In this document: one piece after another, positions 29,600 through 42,892 of the stretch
How the letters are laid out: each line of letters begins with the position of its first letter
Position numbering within the stretch: position 1 is the stretch's first letter
Source: Eledone cirrhosa
Lineage: Eukaryota
Assembly (NCBI GenBank): GCA_964016885.1
Contig: CAXHJY010000915.1
Span: 1-64,000 of the forward strand
Reading direction: 5' to 3'
DNA length: 64,000 bases
The notes under the pieces: model-generated
What the model was told of the DNA's origin: nothing
Seen by the model: only the letters and a program-made list of their open reading frames with translations
Databases searched by the model: none
Made by a program: the position numbers and the translations under genes

Positions 29600-29990
29600 T
29601 ATGTTCCAAACACCAGCATGACCATCTTCCCGTTCCACAGTGGTAAAACCCTCATCTGGGATGCCACATGCAGCAATACATTCTCCAGCAACAACCTAGT
29701 GCAGTCTGCGACTAAGCCAGGCTCTGTTGTACTTCAGGCTGAGCAGGGTAAACTCTTCAAATATCAGTTGTTCTCCGACGGGTTTGTTGTTGAGCCCATG
29801 GCAATGGGGACTTCTGGTATCCTTGGCCCTAGAGCCACCTCCCTGCTCACCACCATCAACACAGTTGGCTACCCACAGGTGTGAGCCTTGCAAGCTGGAA
29901 TGGCTCTTTCAGCACATCTCCCTTACCATCCTCTGGAGAAACGCCTTCTCTCCATTTTGTTTGCCAAGGCTGTGGGGTGGCCAGTGCATG
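29600..29990 (+). mobile_element. CRE-like retrotransposon RLE-domain relic
   Basis: MTIFPFHSGKTLIWDATCSNTF...AEQGKLFKY...VEPMAMGTSGILGPRATSLL...WLFQHISLTI fits the CRE-clade PD-(D/E)xK endonuclease region. Confidence 0.75.
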
Positions 29991-30132
29991 GGCCCACATT
30001 TGCTCATAATAGTGAGAGTGGGAGAGACGGAGGCAGTGACAATGAGAGTTTGGTTCTTTTGTGGTTGGACCTGGTGTATATATGTATGTTTCACCCCCAT
30101 GTCATAGATGCCTAACCACGCACCTTCGCTAT

Positions 30133-30345
30133 ATTAGTGAAAGTAGAGGATCTGCCATGAGCTCAGTGGTTTCAGCTGGTTACTTCTTCTAGCCTTTGTT
30201 AGGAAAGTTTTCATGGCGAAGGCTGGAAGAGGTAACTGGCTGAAACCGTCGAGCTCACGGTGGATTCTCTACTTCCACTAACATACCCACTCTACCTCTT
30301 ACCATGTATAGAGTACTCCTTTGATTTATAAGAAAGTTATATAGT
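30133..30345 (+). mobile_element. Older PLE-type fold-back mini-element in intron 1 of ZNF gene 2
   Basis: Imperfect inverted arms 30134-30195 and 30220-30281; GAAACCGT-CGAGCTC-ACGGT stem III resembles family A; GAGTACTC at 30311. Confidence 0.55.
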
Positions 30346-30831
30346 TAATTTATTAAATCTCATATCTTCGTTATTACCACAGTTTAACTTTATTTTCCAT
30401 GCTTGCACATGTTAGATAATGTTGTGAGGTCAGATAGCTCAGGGGACTACATTTTGCAGTTTGGAGTTTATTCTCTACATCACATATCTTATACTGTTTC
30501 TCTATTGTTTCAGATGATATTGGCAGAAATGAAATGGTTACACCAGATGCATCCCAAATTATCAATATTTAAATGACATGTTAAACAAAACAATTATAAA
30601 CCTATTGAATTTATTTTGAGAATTACTGTCCAGGATCATTTTAAATTCTAATTGATCTTGGATAAATTTATGGAGTTTGAAGCCTCCTCAGATATCAAAC
30701 ACCACTTCTTATGGAGATATTGCATTAGAGATATTATTAGGAATAAAAAATTTACAAAGAAATTCCCAGAAAATCTACTGTGGTAAAAGGAGGACTTGTG
30801 AAGGAGAATAAGTTTATTTAACGGTCTAAAA

Positions 30832-32520
30832 ATGGTTGATATTTCTGATGAGATGATGTCGAAAGAGGTAGAGAAAGCATCATACCACTGTGATATCTGT
30901 GGTAAATCATATTCTCTCAAAGGTAATCTCTATACTCATAAACGTAAACATACAGGAGAAAAACCATATCATTGCGATATCTGTGGTAAATCATTCGCTG
31001 ATGCAAGTGTCTTAAGCAAACATAAGCGTATTCATACAGGAGTGAAGCCATATCACTGTGATATCTGTGGGAAATCATTTTCTGAAGGAGGTAACCTAAC
31101 TAAACATAAATATATTCACACAGGAGAGAAGCCATACCAATGTGATATCTGTGGAAAATCTTTTTTTCAAAGAGTTCATTTAACCACTCATAAACGTGTT
31201 CATACTGGAGAAAAGCCATATCACTGTGACATCTGTGGTAAGTCATTCTCTGAAGGAAGTGTTTTAACTAAACACAAACGTATTCATACAGGAGAGAAGC
31301 CATATCACTGTGCTATCTGCGGTAAATCATTTTCTGAAGGAAGTGTCTTAACAAACCATGTACGTATTCATACAGGAGAGAAACCATACAACTGTGATTA
31401 CTGTGGTAAAGCATTCTCTCAAACAAGTCAATTAACTCTACACAACAGACGTATGCATAAAGAAATGAGAGGTGATTATACAGAAGAGAAGCCATATCAC
31501 TGTGATATTTGTGGTAAATCATTCTCTGAAACCCGTTACTTAACAGTTCATAAACGTATTCATGCAGGAGTGAAGCCATATCACTGTGATATCTGTGGTA
31601 TGTCATTCTCTCAAACAGGTCATGTAACTACTCACAAACGCATTCATACAGGAGAGAAGCCATATCACTGTGATATCTGTGGCAAATCTTTCTCTCAAAC
31701 AAGTCACTTAACTAGTCACAGACATGTTCATACAGGTGAGATGCCATATCACTGTGATATATGTGGTAAATCTTTCTCTGCGAGAAATAGTTTGATAGGT
31801 CATAAACGTTTCCATACAGGAGAGAAGCCATATCACTGTGATATCTGTGGTAAATCATTCTCTGCAAGAAGCAGCTTAACTACTCACAAACGTTTTCACA
31901 CAGGAGAGAAGCCATATCACTGCGATATTTGTGATAAATCATTCTCTCAAAATAGTGATCTAACTAAACATATACGCATTCATACAGGAGAGAAGCCATT
32001 TCCCTGTGATATCTGTGGTAAATCATTTTTTCAAAATAGTGATGTGACAAAACATAAACGTATTCATACTGGAGAGAAGCCATTTCACTGTGACATTTGT
32101 GGTAAATCATTCTTTCAAAATAGTGATGTTACAAAACACAAACGTAGTCATACAGGAGAGAAACCATACCACTGTGACATCTGTGGTAAATCATTTTCTC
32201 AAAACAGTGACATAACTAAACACAAACGCATTCATACAGGAGAGAAACTGTATCATTGTGATATTTGTGGTAAATTATTCTCTTCTAGAAGTAGCTTAAC
32301 TACTCATAAACGTTTTCACACAGGAGAAAAACCCTACCACTGCAATATCTGTGGGAAATCCTTCTCTCAAAATAGTGATCTAACTAAACACAAACGCATT
32401 CATACAGGAGAGAAACCATATCATTGTGATATCTGTGGTAAATCATTTTCTGAAGGGAGGTTCTTAAATAAACACAAACGCATTCATATAGATGAAAAGC
32501 CATATCTCCCAGTTGACTAA
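30832..32520 (+). CDS. C2H2 zinc-finger protein 2 (19 fingers)
   Basis: 562-aa ORF almost entirely made of [15 protein letters not shown] repeats; extended linker after finger 7. Confidence 0.95.
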   Translation: MVDISDEMMSKEVEKASYHCDICGKSYSLKGNLYTHKRKHTGEKPYHCDICGKSFADASVLSKHKRIHTGVKPYHCDICGKSFSEGGNLTKHKYIHTGEKPYQCDICGKSFFQRVHLTTHKRVHTGEKPYHCDICGKSFSEGSVLTKHKRIHTGEKPYHCAICGKSFSEGSVLTNHVRIHTGEKPYNCDYCGKAFSQTSQLTLHNRRMHKEMRGDYTEEKPYHCDICGKSFSETRYLTVHKRIHAGVKPYHCDICGMSFSQTGHVTTHKRIHTGEKPYHCDICGKSFSQTSHLTSHRHVHTGEMPYHCDICGKSFSARNSLIGHKRFHTGEKPYHCDICGKSFSARSSLTTHKRFHTGEKPYHCDICDKSFSQNSDLTKHIRIHTGEKPFPCDICGKSFFQNSDVTKHKRIHTGEKPFHCDICGKSFFQNSDVTKHKRSHTGEKPYHCDICGKSFSQNSDITKHKRIHTGEKLYHCDICGKLFSSRSSLTTHKRFHTGEKPYHCNICGKSFSQNSDLTKHKRIHTGEKPYHCDICGKSFSEGRFLNKHKRIHIDEKPYLPVD

Positions 32521-32839
32521 CCTTGGATATATGCAGGAGAATAGCCATGTCTCCCAGTTGACTAACCTTGGATATATGCAGGAGAATAGCCATGTCACTG
32601 ATCATCATTATTAAATCCTCTCTTTACAATCTGAGTTCAATCTCGCCGAGGTCAAGTTTACCTTTCATACTTACTGGGTCAATAAAATAAAGTACCAGTA
32701 ATGCACTGGGATAACTGCTGGCCTTGTGCCAAAAGTAGAAACAATTATTTAATCCTCTCAAAAGAATTCATTGGAACATCAACTGGTCACGTATGCATTC
32801 ATATAGAATAACTCTAACAAAAACAAAATTCCAGAGAAA

Positions 32840-33120
32840 TGGAGTGATGCTAGAGTTGTGAAATCTTGCATGCATTAATTTCAACAATTCTTATTAATAA
32901 CAGCATTGTTTCTTTCCGGGGACTATGTTGAAAAATATATTTCATTTGGTCATTCCATGAGAGTATCTTGGTCAGTCTATGAAGGAGTGATGCTAGAGCT
33001 GTGAAATCTTGCAGGCATTAATTTCAACTCTTCTTATCAATAACCGCATTGATTCCTTCTAAGGACTATGTTGAAAAATAAACCTCATTTGCTCATTCCA
33101 TGAGAATATCTTGGTCAGCC
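32840..33120. repeat. About 143-bp direct repeat, two copies
   Basis: GGAGTGATGCTAGAG...CATTCCATGAGA.TATCTTGGTCAG at 32841 and 32984. Confidence 0.75.
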
Positions 33121-33914
33121 AATGAACTTTTCAATCAACCCTTGTATATCCACTAACTTATTAATGTTATATTTGTAATTATAACATTTATTCAATACAA
33201 TCATATATTCGAACATATTACCATTTACATTGACATTGTAAACAGCAGAGAAATGTATTTTTATATATTGATAACATACTGTAATTACTTTACAAATAAA
33301 TATACTAAACATGAACAAATATTTTGTTACATTGTAATAAGAATTGCTAGAACATGGGGTAGAATGCTTTGTGATATTCGTTCCGGCTCTTTGAACTCTT
33401 TAAGCTGAAATTCCCACAGGTTTTCTGGAAGAAATCAGCTGTATTCAGACCTAGAAAGAGGATGGGCTCTGCAAGGTTTAACCTTTTACCATTTACATTA
33501 CTCTATATATACTATTGTATTTTTGTGGTAAAGGCTTTATCTCATAATATCGAATCAATGAGATTTTGATATTTATTTTGAGAACAATACCTTAATGTCA
33601 GTATGAGCAGCCAGTTTGAACCTGGATACTTTTTATTATGACACCAAGATGACCATCTAATAGTAAACTGGGTGGTTTTAATCGATACATCAGCATGACT
33701 GCCTTTATGTCATGTCACCAGCATGACCACCTTACAGGGTGGAATGGGTGCTTTGTTATGTCACCAGCTCAACCATCTTACAGGGTGGAATGGGTCTTTT
33801 TTGTTGTGTCACCAACATGACTACCTTTTATATACATTCTACCACATATGTATATTCCTATATCAAATATATTATATGTTCCACCAATTGAGTGTTTCTA
33901 TTTTTGGTAAGGAA

Positions 33915-35255
33915 GTGTTATAAGTAGGAAAGAAGACAAGATCCTGATCCCATTAGGAAAGTGGCCCTGGTCAATATACAGAAACTATACAATGTACACA
34001 AGGTGTAGTGAGATAGCAGGCAGTCTAACTGGAAAGGAAGTCTTTGAATGTAATAGATGTACTAGATGTAATAGTAAGGGTCAGTGATATAAACCTTTTC
34101 TAATCCATTATAGGATCTATAGAACCAGATATATACAGTGTACCTATTGTAGACCAGATATATACAGATACAGTGTACCTATTGTAAACCAGATACACAC
34201 AGGGATACAGTGTACCTATTGTAGACCAGATATATACAGATACAGTGTACCTATTGTAGACCAGATACACACAGGGATACAGTGTACCTATTGTAGACCA
34301 GATACACACAGGGATACAGTGTACCTATTGTAGACCAGATACATTGATACAGTGTACCTATTGTAGACCAGATATACACAGATACAGTGTACCTATTGTA
34401 GACCAGGGATACAGTGTACCTATTGTAGACCAGGTACACACAGGGATTCAGTGTACCTATTGTAGACCAGATATACACAGGGATACAGTGTACCTATTGT
34501 AGACCAGATAACACTTAGTTTCAGTATTTCTCCAATTAAGACTTCATTAACTATATAATTTGTTGGCACAATTGCTCCAGCTAGTGGAGAAACCTATGTG
34601 CATGCAGGTGTGGTGAGCCGCATATATTGTAGCCATTAGAAAAAGCAAAATGAAGATGCCTCACCTTTGATGGAGGGATGACTACAGAATAAGTAAATTG
34701 TGATGATAGTGTATAAGGTAAACATATATTAACTGTTCACACCACGGAAACTGGGATAAACCTGGTGGGCCTCCAGGCTTTGAGACTGACTTTAGAGTTT
34801 AGAACAGCTTTAACATATTTCTTTTTAACTATTATTCCTCTAACCTAGCTTTCATACTAGTATGAGTTAGACTAGTTGTCCTGTGTATGAAGTGTGATGC
34901 TGTATGGTAGTGAAACATGGGCTGTGACTACAAAGGACATGCATAGACTGGAGAGAAAGGAAGCAGCCATGCTTCATTGGATGTGCAATGTAGATGTGAG
35001 ACAAAGGCAGAGCTTTGATGAACTGAGGGAGAGGCTGAGTTTAAGAGGAATCCATGATGGTGTGCAGGAGAGAAGACTGAATTGGTATGGATGTGTCAGG
35101 GGAGGGAAGCCGCAGTTTAGGTAGACCAAGAAAGACATGAGAGCTGACACTCAGAGGAGATGACAAAGGAATGTAGCGAGTGGAGAGATGCTGTGCTGAG
35201 AAGGACCCATCCAACCCATGTAAGCGTAGAAAAATGGACGTAAAAATGATGATAA
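33915..35255 (+). mobile_element. Fragmented RTE LINE (Cys-rich segment 33915-34075; C-terminus 34890-35255)
   Basis: VHK...IAGSLTGKEVFECNRC and MLYGSETWAVTTKDMHRLERKEAAMLHWMC...QERRLNWYG; GGACGTAAAATGATGAT tail. Confidence 0.7.
34130..34510. repeat. 35-37-bp minisatellite, about 11 units
   Basis: ATACAGTGTACCTATTGTAGACCAGATACACACAGGG. Confidence 0.95.
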
Positions 35256-36009
35256 TATATGTATATATATATATATGGAAGATATTAACTGTGTTCAAAT
35301 CTGGAGAGGAGATGGGTTCCACCAGGTTTAAGATGGCCATGTCACTACGACACCGCTATGATTCCACCTGGAGTTACTGGTCCATATACACTTACACCAA
35401 CCATAGAATGACTTGTAGAATATATAGTTTGGGGGGTTATCTCCCTTGTCGATTGGCATTTTTCTCATTAATCTATAATCGGTGGATTGGCAGTATCGGT
35501 AGAGGGTTGGACGCTAAGCTTTGCAGCATAGTTACGGACTGAGGTTAACTTTGCCTTTCATCCTTACGGGGTTGATAAAATAAAGTACCAGTAATGCACT
35601 GGTAATTGCTGGCCTTGTGCCAAAAGTAGAAACAATTAATCTATAACCGTATCTAAGTTGAGGAATATGTGGCCCAAAAAATCGATGGTAAAATGGGAGA
35701 TTGGCTTATGCCAGGGGTGTGCAGCAAATTCCATTGGTGGTTACCTCTCATTGAACCTGGGACTCGCACATATGTGTATGTGTGTGTGTGTCGGATTTTA
35801 CGCTCATTTTGATATAAAAGGAAAGCTTATGTGAATTAGCTTCATATTTAAGGTTTCTGGTAAAATGAAGTGAAATTTTCAGACGGAAAATCCAAAACTC
35901 AAAGGGCAACACCGGGGATTTGGCTGCTATTTTTAGCAGGTCAAACGACTTTGTAAACCCTCCCTCGTTGATACTTAATAGTTATTTTGCTATTTGTTTT
36001 CTTTTTAAG

Positions 36010-36392
36010 GAAGGGGCTATTTTGCCGGTAAATATCTTTAGAGTAGAATAATGGCTCTTTGCATTCTGAGTTCAAATCCCGCCGAGGTTAACTTTGCCTT
36101 TCATTCTTACGGAGTCGATACAATAAGGTACCAGTAATGCACTGGTTAAATTGCTGGCCTTGTGCCAAAAGTAGAAACAATTATTATGAAGGCAGGTAAT
36201 GTTAAAAATAACAACACTGATTTAACACAGAAGTTTATTTATTTTCACCATTAATAGTTAAGACAATTTAAAATCTATCCCTATCTATATTTACTGGCAA
36301 AATAGCCTGGGGGTCTATTTTACCGGGACTGGTAAAATAAGCTTAGAAAGCATGTTTGTCTATTTTACCTGGACCGGCAAAATAACCTATTC
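36010..36392. mobile_element. Diverged relative of the fold-back element, with a nested Meta SINE
   Basis: GGCTATTTTGCCGGTAA...GTCTATTTTACCTGGACCGGCAAAATAACCTATTCG. Confidence 0.6.
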
Positions 36393-37469
36393 GTTTTTTT
36401 GAATTACCAATTGATATTGAATATTTTTATAACTGTACTAAATTATGTGAGGGAACTTTAACTTATATCACCGGCGTCATTCATGGAAGGGGACAATTTG
36501 TCAACCACACCGCCAGCTTGTGTTTTTAACGTCATCTAATTTAATACTGTTATTTCTAGAGGTTATTTCATGTTAAGATGAAAAATAATGTTTGTTGATA
36601 ACATAGAGGGATCTACATGTTACCTGATCGATGATACAGCATCTGTAATAGTAAATATTTCACTTCATCACAAACATCGTGAATTCTTTGTTCCCAATTT
36701 CACAAAACTGTTTCTTCTTCGTGCACTTTGTTGACAGATCATCGCCTGCTTCTTCCCCTTCTTTCTTAGTTACATAAAGTTGACTTGAACCATGAATTAA
36801 CGTCAACCACCAAACTATAAACTAAACAGCTTTCTTGGGTTGCTCTATAAGTCAAAAGGACGTATTTTCTGATTTACAACCACAAAATTTATTGTGTTCT
36901 AACCACAGTGAACAATCTTGATTTAGTACGACGACATATACATGTTTATGTACACACACAAACACACATACACACACGGGGTTTAATCACCAAGTTATAA
37001 GTTTGTTATTTTTCTGGCCCTTCTTGATTATGCGAAGAGGATTTCGCGAAACCAAAATAGGACTACATCGTAATTTATATAATGTTTTAGTGAAGAAACT
37101 TCTAAATGCAAACACACATTATTTGTGATTGCTATCATTGTCCACATTTTCTATAATTTTCAATCTATAGTAAATATTCTTTTATCTACAGAATAGAGGT
37201 GTTTATGTAGACAACTTAAAGAGAACCCAGTCGGTAACTAGCTTTCTGGTTCTAAGAAGAAAATATATCTACATTAGAAATTTTCCACACATTATCATCA
37301 TCACTGTTTAACGTCCATTTTCCCACGCTGACATGGGTTAGACGAGTTATCCTGTTGTGAGCAATGCTAGGCCAAGTGGCCATGCCATGCTCATACACAA
37401 CCGACAAACAGAAACCATAATATATTCTACTCCCAGACATTTCTCTTTAAGAATTCCTCAAGAATTAAT

Positions 37470-39029
37470 ATGGAAGGCATCACTGACTTGGACACATGTA
37501 ACAGAACACTTTTTAATAATATAGAAACAGTTCCACAGATTTACAGTGACGAGAAACCTTTACCGAGTGAAGCTTTTACTGATCAAAGATCATTGCATGG
37601 AAATATTCCTGAATATTACTGTGAGATTTGTAAGCAAACGTTCTCTTCAGAACACCAATTATTCACTCACAAAGAATTGCACAACAAAGAAAAGCCTTTC
37701 CACTGTGAAATATGTGGGAAAGATTTTGTCTCTAACTATTATTTAAGAAGACATGAAAGAATACACACTGGAGAGAAACCATTTCATTGCGAAATATGTG
37801 GAAAATCTTTTGTCACTAACAGTGATTTAAACAGACACAAACGTAGTCACACTGGAGAGAAACCATTTAATTGTGAAATTTGTGGGAAATCATTCCCTTA
37901 CAATTATAGTCTAGCAGTTCACCAAAGAATACACACTGGAGAAAAACCCTTCCATTGTGAAATATGTGGGAAGTCTTTTGTCTCTAACAGTGATTTAAAA
38001 AGACACAAAAAAATACACACTGGAGAAAAACCTTTCCACTGTGAAATATGTGGTGAATCCTTTATATGTAGTGGTGATTTAAAAAGACACAAAAGAACAC
38101 ACACTGGAGAGAGACCATATCACTGTGAAATATGTGGCAAATCATTCTCTGATAATTCTAACCTTGCAGTTCACAATCGTAGTCACACAGGTGAAAGACC
38201 ATATCGTTGTGAAATATGTGGGAAATCTTTTATAAACAATTCTTGTCTTGTTGTCCACATACGTCGTCACACAGAAGAAAAACCCTTCTTTTGTGAAATA
38301 TGTGGAAAATCTTTTGTCACTAACAGTGATTTAAACAGACACAAACGTAGTCACACTGGAGAGAAACCATTTAATTGCGAAATTTGTGGGAAATCATTCC
38401 CTTACAATTCTAGTCTAGCGGTTCACCAAAGAATACACACTGGAGAAAAACCCTTCCATTGTGAAATATGTGGGAAGTCTTTTGTCTCTAACAGTGATTT
38501 AAAAAGACACAAAAAAATACACACTGGAGAAAAACCTTTCCACTGTGAAATATGTGGTGAATCCTTTATATGTAGTGGTGAGTTAAAAAGACACAAAAGA
38601 ACACACACTGGAGAGAGACCATATCACTGTGAAATATGTGGCAAATCATTCTCTGATAATTCTAACCTTGCAGTTCACAATCGTAGTCACACAGGTGAAA
38701 GACCATATCGTTGTGAAATATGTGGGAAATCTTTTATAAACAATTCTGGTCTTGTTGTCCACATACGTGGTCACACAGAAGAAAAACCCTTCTATTGTGA
38801 AATATGTGGGAAATCTTTTGTCTCTAACAGTGATTTAACAAAACACAAAAGAATACACACTGGAGAAAAACCCTATCATTGTGAAATATGTGGTAAATCT
38901 TACACCCAGAATTCTAGTCTTGTAGTCCATAATCGTAGCCACACTGGAGAGAAACCCTATCACTGTGAAATATGTGGGAAATCATTTGTCACTAATGGTC
39001 TCTTAAGAACACACACTAAAACACACTGA
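37470..39029 (+). CDS. C2H2 zinc-finger protein 3 (17 fingers, internal 6-finger duplication)
   Basis: 519-aa ORF of CEICGKSF-type fingers; acceptor TTTATCTACAG at 37191; possible upstream donor at 35860. Confidence 0.95.
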   Translation: MEGITDLDTCNRTLFNNIETVPQIYSDEKPLPSEAFTDQRSLHGNIPEYYCEICKQTFSSEHQLFTHKELHNKEKPFHCEICGKDFVSNYYLRRHERIHTGEKPFHCEICGKSFVTNSDLNRHKRSHTGEKPFNCEICGKSFPYNYSLAVHQRIHTGEKPFHCEICGKSFVSNSDLKRHKKIHTGEKPFHCEICGESFICSGDLKRHKRTHTGERPYHCEICGKSFSDNSNLAVHNRSHTGERPYRCEICGKSFINNSCLVVHIRRHTEEKPFFCEICGKSFVTNSDLNRHKRSHTGEKPFNCEICGKSFPYNSSLAVHQRIHTGEKPFHCEICGKSFVSNSDLKRHKKIHTGEKPFHCEICGESFICSGELKRHKRTHTGERPYHCEICGKSFSDNSNLAVHNRSHTGERPYRCEICGKSFINNSGLVVHIRGHTEEKPFYCEICGKSFVSNSDLTKHKRIHTGEKPYHCEICGKSYTQNSSLVVHNRSHTGEKPYHCEICGKSFVTNGLLRTHTKTH

Positions 39030-39127
39030 AGTGTGAAACATGATATCAAATCTAAACTTATTGTCCAACAAGTACACATTGGCGAACATTTATCAAAGTG
39101 AAATATATCAGAAGTCATTATCTTTAA

Positions 39128-39322
39128 CCTTTTAGCATTTGCATTACATTATGTTTACTATTTTATTTTCGCAGTAAAGGTTTTACCTTACATAATATTG
39201 AATCTATGAGATTTTGATATTTATTTTGAGAACAATACCTTAACATTGACATAAGTGGCCGGTTTGAACAGGAAGAGGTGAGAGAATTTTGGCCAGATAC
39301 AGCCAGTTTAAATGCTAAAGGA
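39128..39322. mobile_element. piggyBac-type MITE
   Basis: TTAA|CCTTTTAGCATTT...AAATGCTAAAGGA|TTAA. Confidence 0.8.
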
Positions 39323-39694
39323 TTAAATGCACACCTTATAGTTAAAAACAAATAAAAAAAAACGACAAGGAGCAGGCACAACATATGACACCGCCCCATC
39401 TCCCTATTGAAATACCCTGACAAGAGTCGGTCGCTCAGTCGCAGCAACTTCAAAGGAATATCCATTTCTAGACAGATGTGATTGAGAGGTCAATCCCTAC
39501 TATCAATAATATTTCAAAGATTTAGAAGCCTTGGTCATATGGTAGAAATCAGAACTAGAAAAGTAAACATTTTGTAATGAAAACATTTATTTCAAAGTGA
39601 AAATATTGAAGTTACTGTATATGTGTAACTTTCTAAACTGGAGGTAATACTGAGAACTAGTTAACCCTTTAGCATTTACATTACAAAAAACACA

Positions 39695-39820
39695 CACAGG
39701 ATGACAGAGGTATCCACCCCATCACAGTGGGCCATGTCTTCAGACAACTTGCAGCCAAGGTAGCTTGCAAGTCAGTCAAAGATGACCTGAGCGAGGTGCT
39801 AAGCCCTGTCCAGCTTCAGA
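39695..39820 (+). mobile_element. CRE-like RT relic
   Basis: DRGIHPITVGHVFRQLAAKVAC...LSPVQL resembles GIRPIAVG..RRL.AK...L.P.QL. Confidence 0.6.
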
Positions 39821-40734
39821 TCTTTCTCTACCTCCCTACCTCTCCTCAATCTTCTCCAGCCGCGCTCTCGTCAGCGAGGTTCTCAGCCAGATGGCCAAAC
39901 CTGATATGGCTCCAGAGCTTGAACAGGCTCTAGTTGACTGGACAGGTGAAGGCCTCTCTATCCCCCAGTATATAACTGTCCACGAAGACAGAAAGCATCC
40001 CGATAGAATCACCCTGGCTACAGTTTAGTCCCGGATTTTTTTTTCAGTAAAATAACTATTTTCTTTAACAAACATTTATTAACAACACATATCTGAATGA
40101 TAGACAAACGTCACATCAATAAACTAGTAACTCCATCTAGCTTTGAAGTTAGGAACTGTTGGAAAAGAGTTCAAACATATTAGGACGAGTTATCTTGTCT
40201 AAGAGGTCAAAGTTTCGTAGAGAATTGTATAACAATCTTGATATGAGTAAAGTCTGCCTTGAGCCCAGATGCTAACCAGGCCGTTGCTTGAGAGTACAAG
40301 ACTCCCCGCTGGACAGGATGCCAGTCCATCACAGGGTTAAACCCCCCAGCTATTACTGGTACTCATCGTCAGTTGCAATGCTTGAGAGTACAAGACTCCT
40401 CCTTGAAAGGGCACTGGTCCATCACAGAGTTAAACCCCCCAGCTATTGCTGGTATTCATCTTCAGTTGAGTATACTGGAGTAATATGAAGTGAAGTGTTT
40501 TGTCAAGAACACAACACACAAGCCAGTCCAGGAATCAAATCCACAACATTATGATTGTAACTCCAACACCCTTACCACTAGGCCACACACCTCCACCCTT
40601 ACCACTAGGCCACACACCTCCACCCTTACCACTAGGCCACACACCTCCACAATCATGATGTGAAATTGTTTTGGAAAACTATTCTCATTTTGTTAAACAT
40701 AAGCAAATATATCATCATTATCATATTCCTGCAA

Positions 40735-41065
40735 CTGGTGTAGTCAGTCTTTAGGAGTGCCACTGGTGTAGCCAGTCTTTGGGAATGCCACTTGAGATGT
40801 GCCACTGGTGCAGCCAGTCTTTTGGAGTGCCACTTGAGATGTGCCACTGGTGCAGCCAGTCTTTGGGAGTGCCACTTGAGATGTGCCACTGGTGTAGCCA
40901 GTCTTTGGGAGTGCCACTTGAGATGTGCCACTGGTGCAGCCAGTCTTTGGGAGTGCCACTTGAGATGTGCCACTGGTGTAGTCAGTCTTTGGGTGTGCCA
41001 CTGGTGCAGCCAGTCTTTTGGAGTGCCACTTGAGATGTGCCACTGATGCAGTCAGTCTTTGGGGT
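40735..41065. repeat. 42-bp minisatellite
   Basis: GCCACTGGTGCAGCCAGTCTTTGGGAGTGCCACTTGAGATGT, about 7 units. Confidence 0.95.
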
Positions 41066-41807
41066 TTCCCCTCTAGATATGGGATGTTACCAACATTACA
41101 TGGGATATATTTGGGGTGTTACCACCTCTGTAGAAGGAGTCTACCAGGATTGTTTCACCTCTGTCACCTCTTATTATTTGAGCAACAAAATATGCAAATG
41201 GCCGAGCATTTTCCAGACATTTGCACCCTTCACTTAGTTCTCAGGGAGATTGAGCCTCACTGTGTGACTGGCTCTTTGAATTACCAATACAACTCATTTC
41301 TGCTGACTGTGTAGACCAGAGCAACATGAAATAAAGTGTCTTGCTGAAGGACACAGCAGTAACATAAGCTGACATTCAGTACTGTTACCTGTATTATCTT
41401 AGTCACACTGCATGTTTTTCATCAATGAAAATTAAGTCTCAGTGTATTTCACAGACCTTAAATAATACAGCTTAACATAAATAGTTTGATTATAATTACA
41501 TTGCGTGTGTGTGTGTTATGTTTGTTATGTGTGCTTGTGTATTTGTGTGTGTATGTTGTATATATGTGCTGTGTATGTGTGTGTATATGTATATGTATGT
41601 GTTGTGTTGTAATAGGTGCAGATATAATATAAAGTGCTAAATCGAAAATCCTACCTCTATTACATAAGAACTTGCTTCAGTGTATACGTGTGTATATAAA
41701 TATATATATATATATATATATAAATATCATATATATATATAAGAGAGAGAGAGAGATAGACTTATCCCAATGACAGTGAAATTCAGCTTAGTGTTTATTT
41801 ATTAGCT

Positions 41808-41853
<46 letters not shown>

Positions 41854-42104
41854 TGTGGTATATGTCTCTCCTCCATTGTGTTAAGCTGCTACTTTGCCAG
41901 CTTAATTATTAACAATGACATCATTGATTCATTATACATAATAAATATTACATAAAACTAAAACAGATACAGTGGTGGTAGGATATTGTAAGAACCTCTG
42001 AGGAAAACTGGACAGTAGAAGGTCTTCAGAGAAGAAACCCTACACAAACAAGTGTTTCAGCCCTTTCCAAAATACTATATACTGTGAAGAGAAGATTGGG
42101 GATG

Positions 42105-42600
42105 AAAAGTTTAAAGACTTGAGGTGTAGTGTGGTGTGGTTTCACTTTAATAACCAAAATACATCAAACTAAGCCATATATATATATATACACAAACTAC
42201 AATAGACATTTAACAGAAGCTGGAAGACTTGAGGTGTAGTGTGGTCTTGGTTTGTTAACTGAAATACATCAAACTAAACCATATATATATATACGAACTA
42301 CAAAAGACACTTAAGAGAAAATTGAGGATAAAATGTTTAAAAACTCGAGGTCTGTGGTTTTGCTTTATTAACCAAAATACATTGAACTAAACCATATATA
42401 TATATGAACTACAATAGACATTTAAGATAAGGTTGAAGACGAAAAGTTTAAAGACTCGAGAAGTTGAGTGGATTTTGCAATCTTTAATTTAAAACTATTT
42501 TCAGTGTATTCACCATATTGATTTATTCATTAAAATACATAGGACTAAAAAAGATATATATTTGAAATACAATTGACAGAAAGTTTGAAGATTTGAGATT
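42105..42600. repeat. Degenerate tandem repeat of about 110-135 bp, roughly 4 copies
   Basis: Recurrent GACTTGAGG...AAATACATCAAACTAAACCA(TA)n..AACTACAATAGACA. Confidence 0.65.
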
Positions 42601-42716
42601 CCCTGTGATTTTGCAATCCCAAATTTTAAAAACATTTGTAACCAGGATTGAGCAATAAATCTCCTATCTAACACTTAAAACTTTGTTCTTATTATATATA
42701 TATATATATATATATA

Positions 42717-42892
42717 CAGTGAAATTCTATTATAACGAAATTTACGGTGTATAAAAAAAATTTGTTGTAACGAAAAATTCTTTATAATGAGATCGACCTA
42801 ACACATCAAGTGTTTGGCTGGGGATTGAAAAGAACTTTTATTATACTGAAAAATTCGTTATAATGGTATTCGTTATAACGGAATTTTACCTG
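42717..42892. mobile_element. Tc1/mariner (pogo/Tigger-like) MITE
   Basis: TA|CAGTGAAATTCTATTATAACGAA...TTCGTTATAACGGAATTTTACCTG|TA. Confidence 0.75.
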
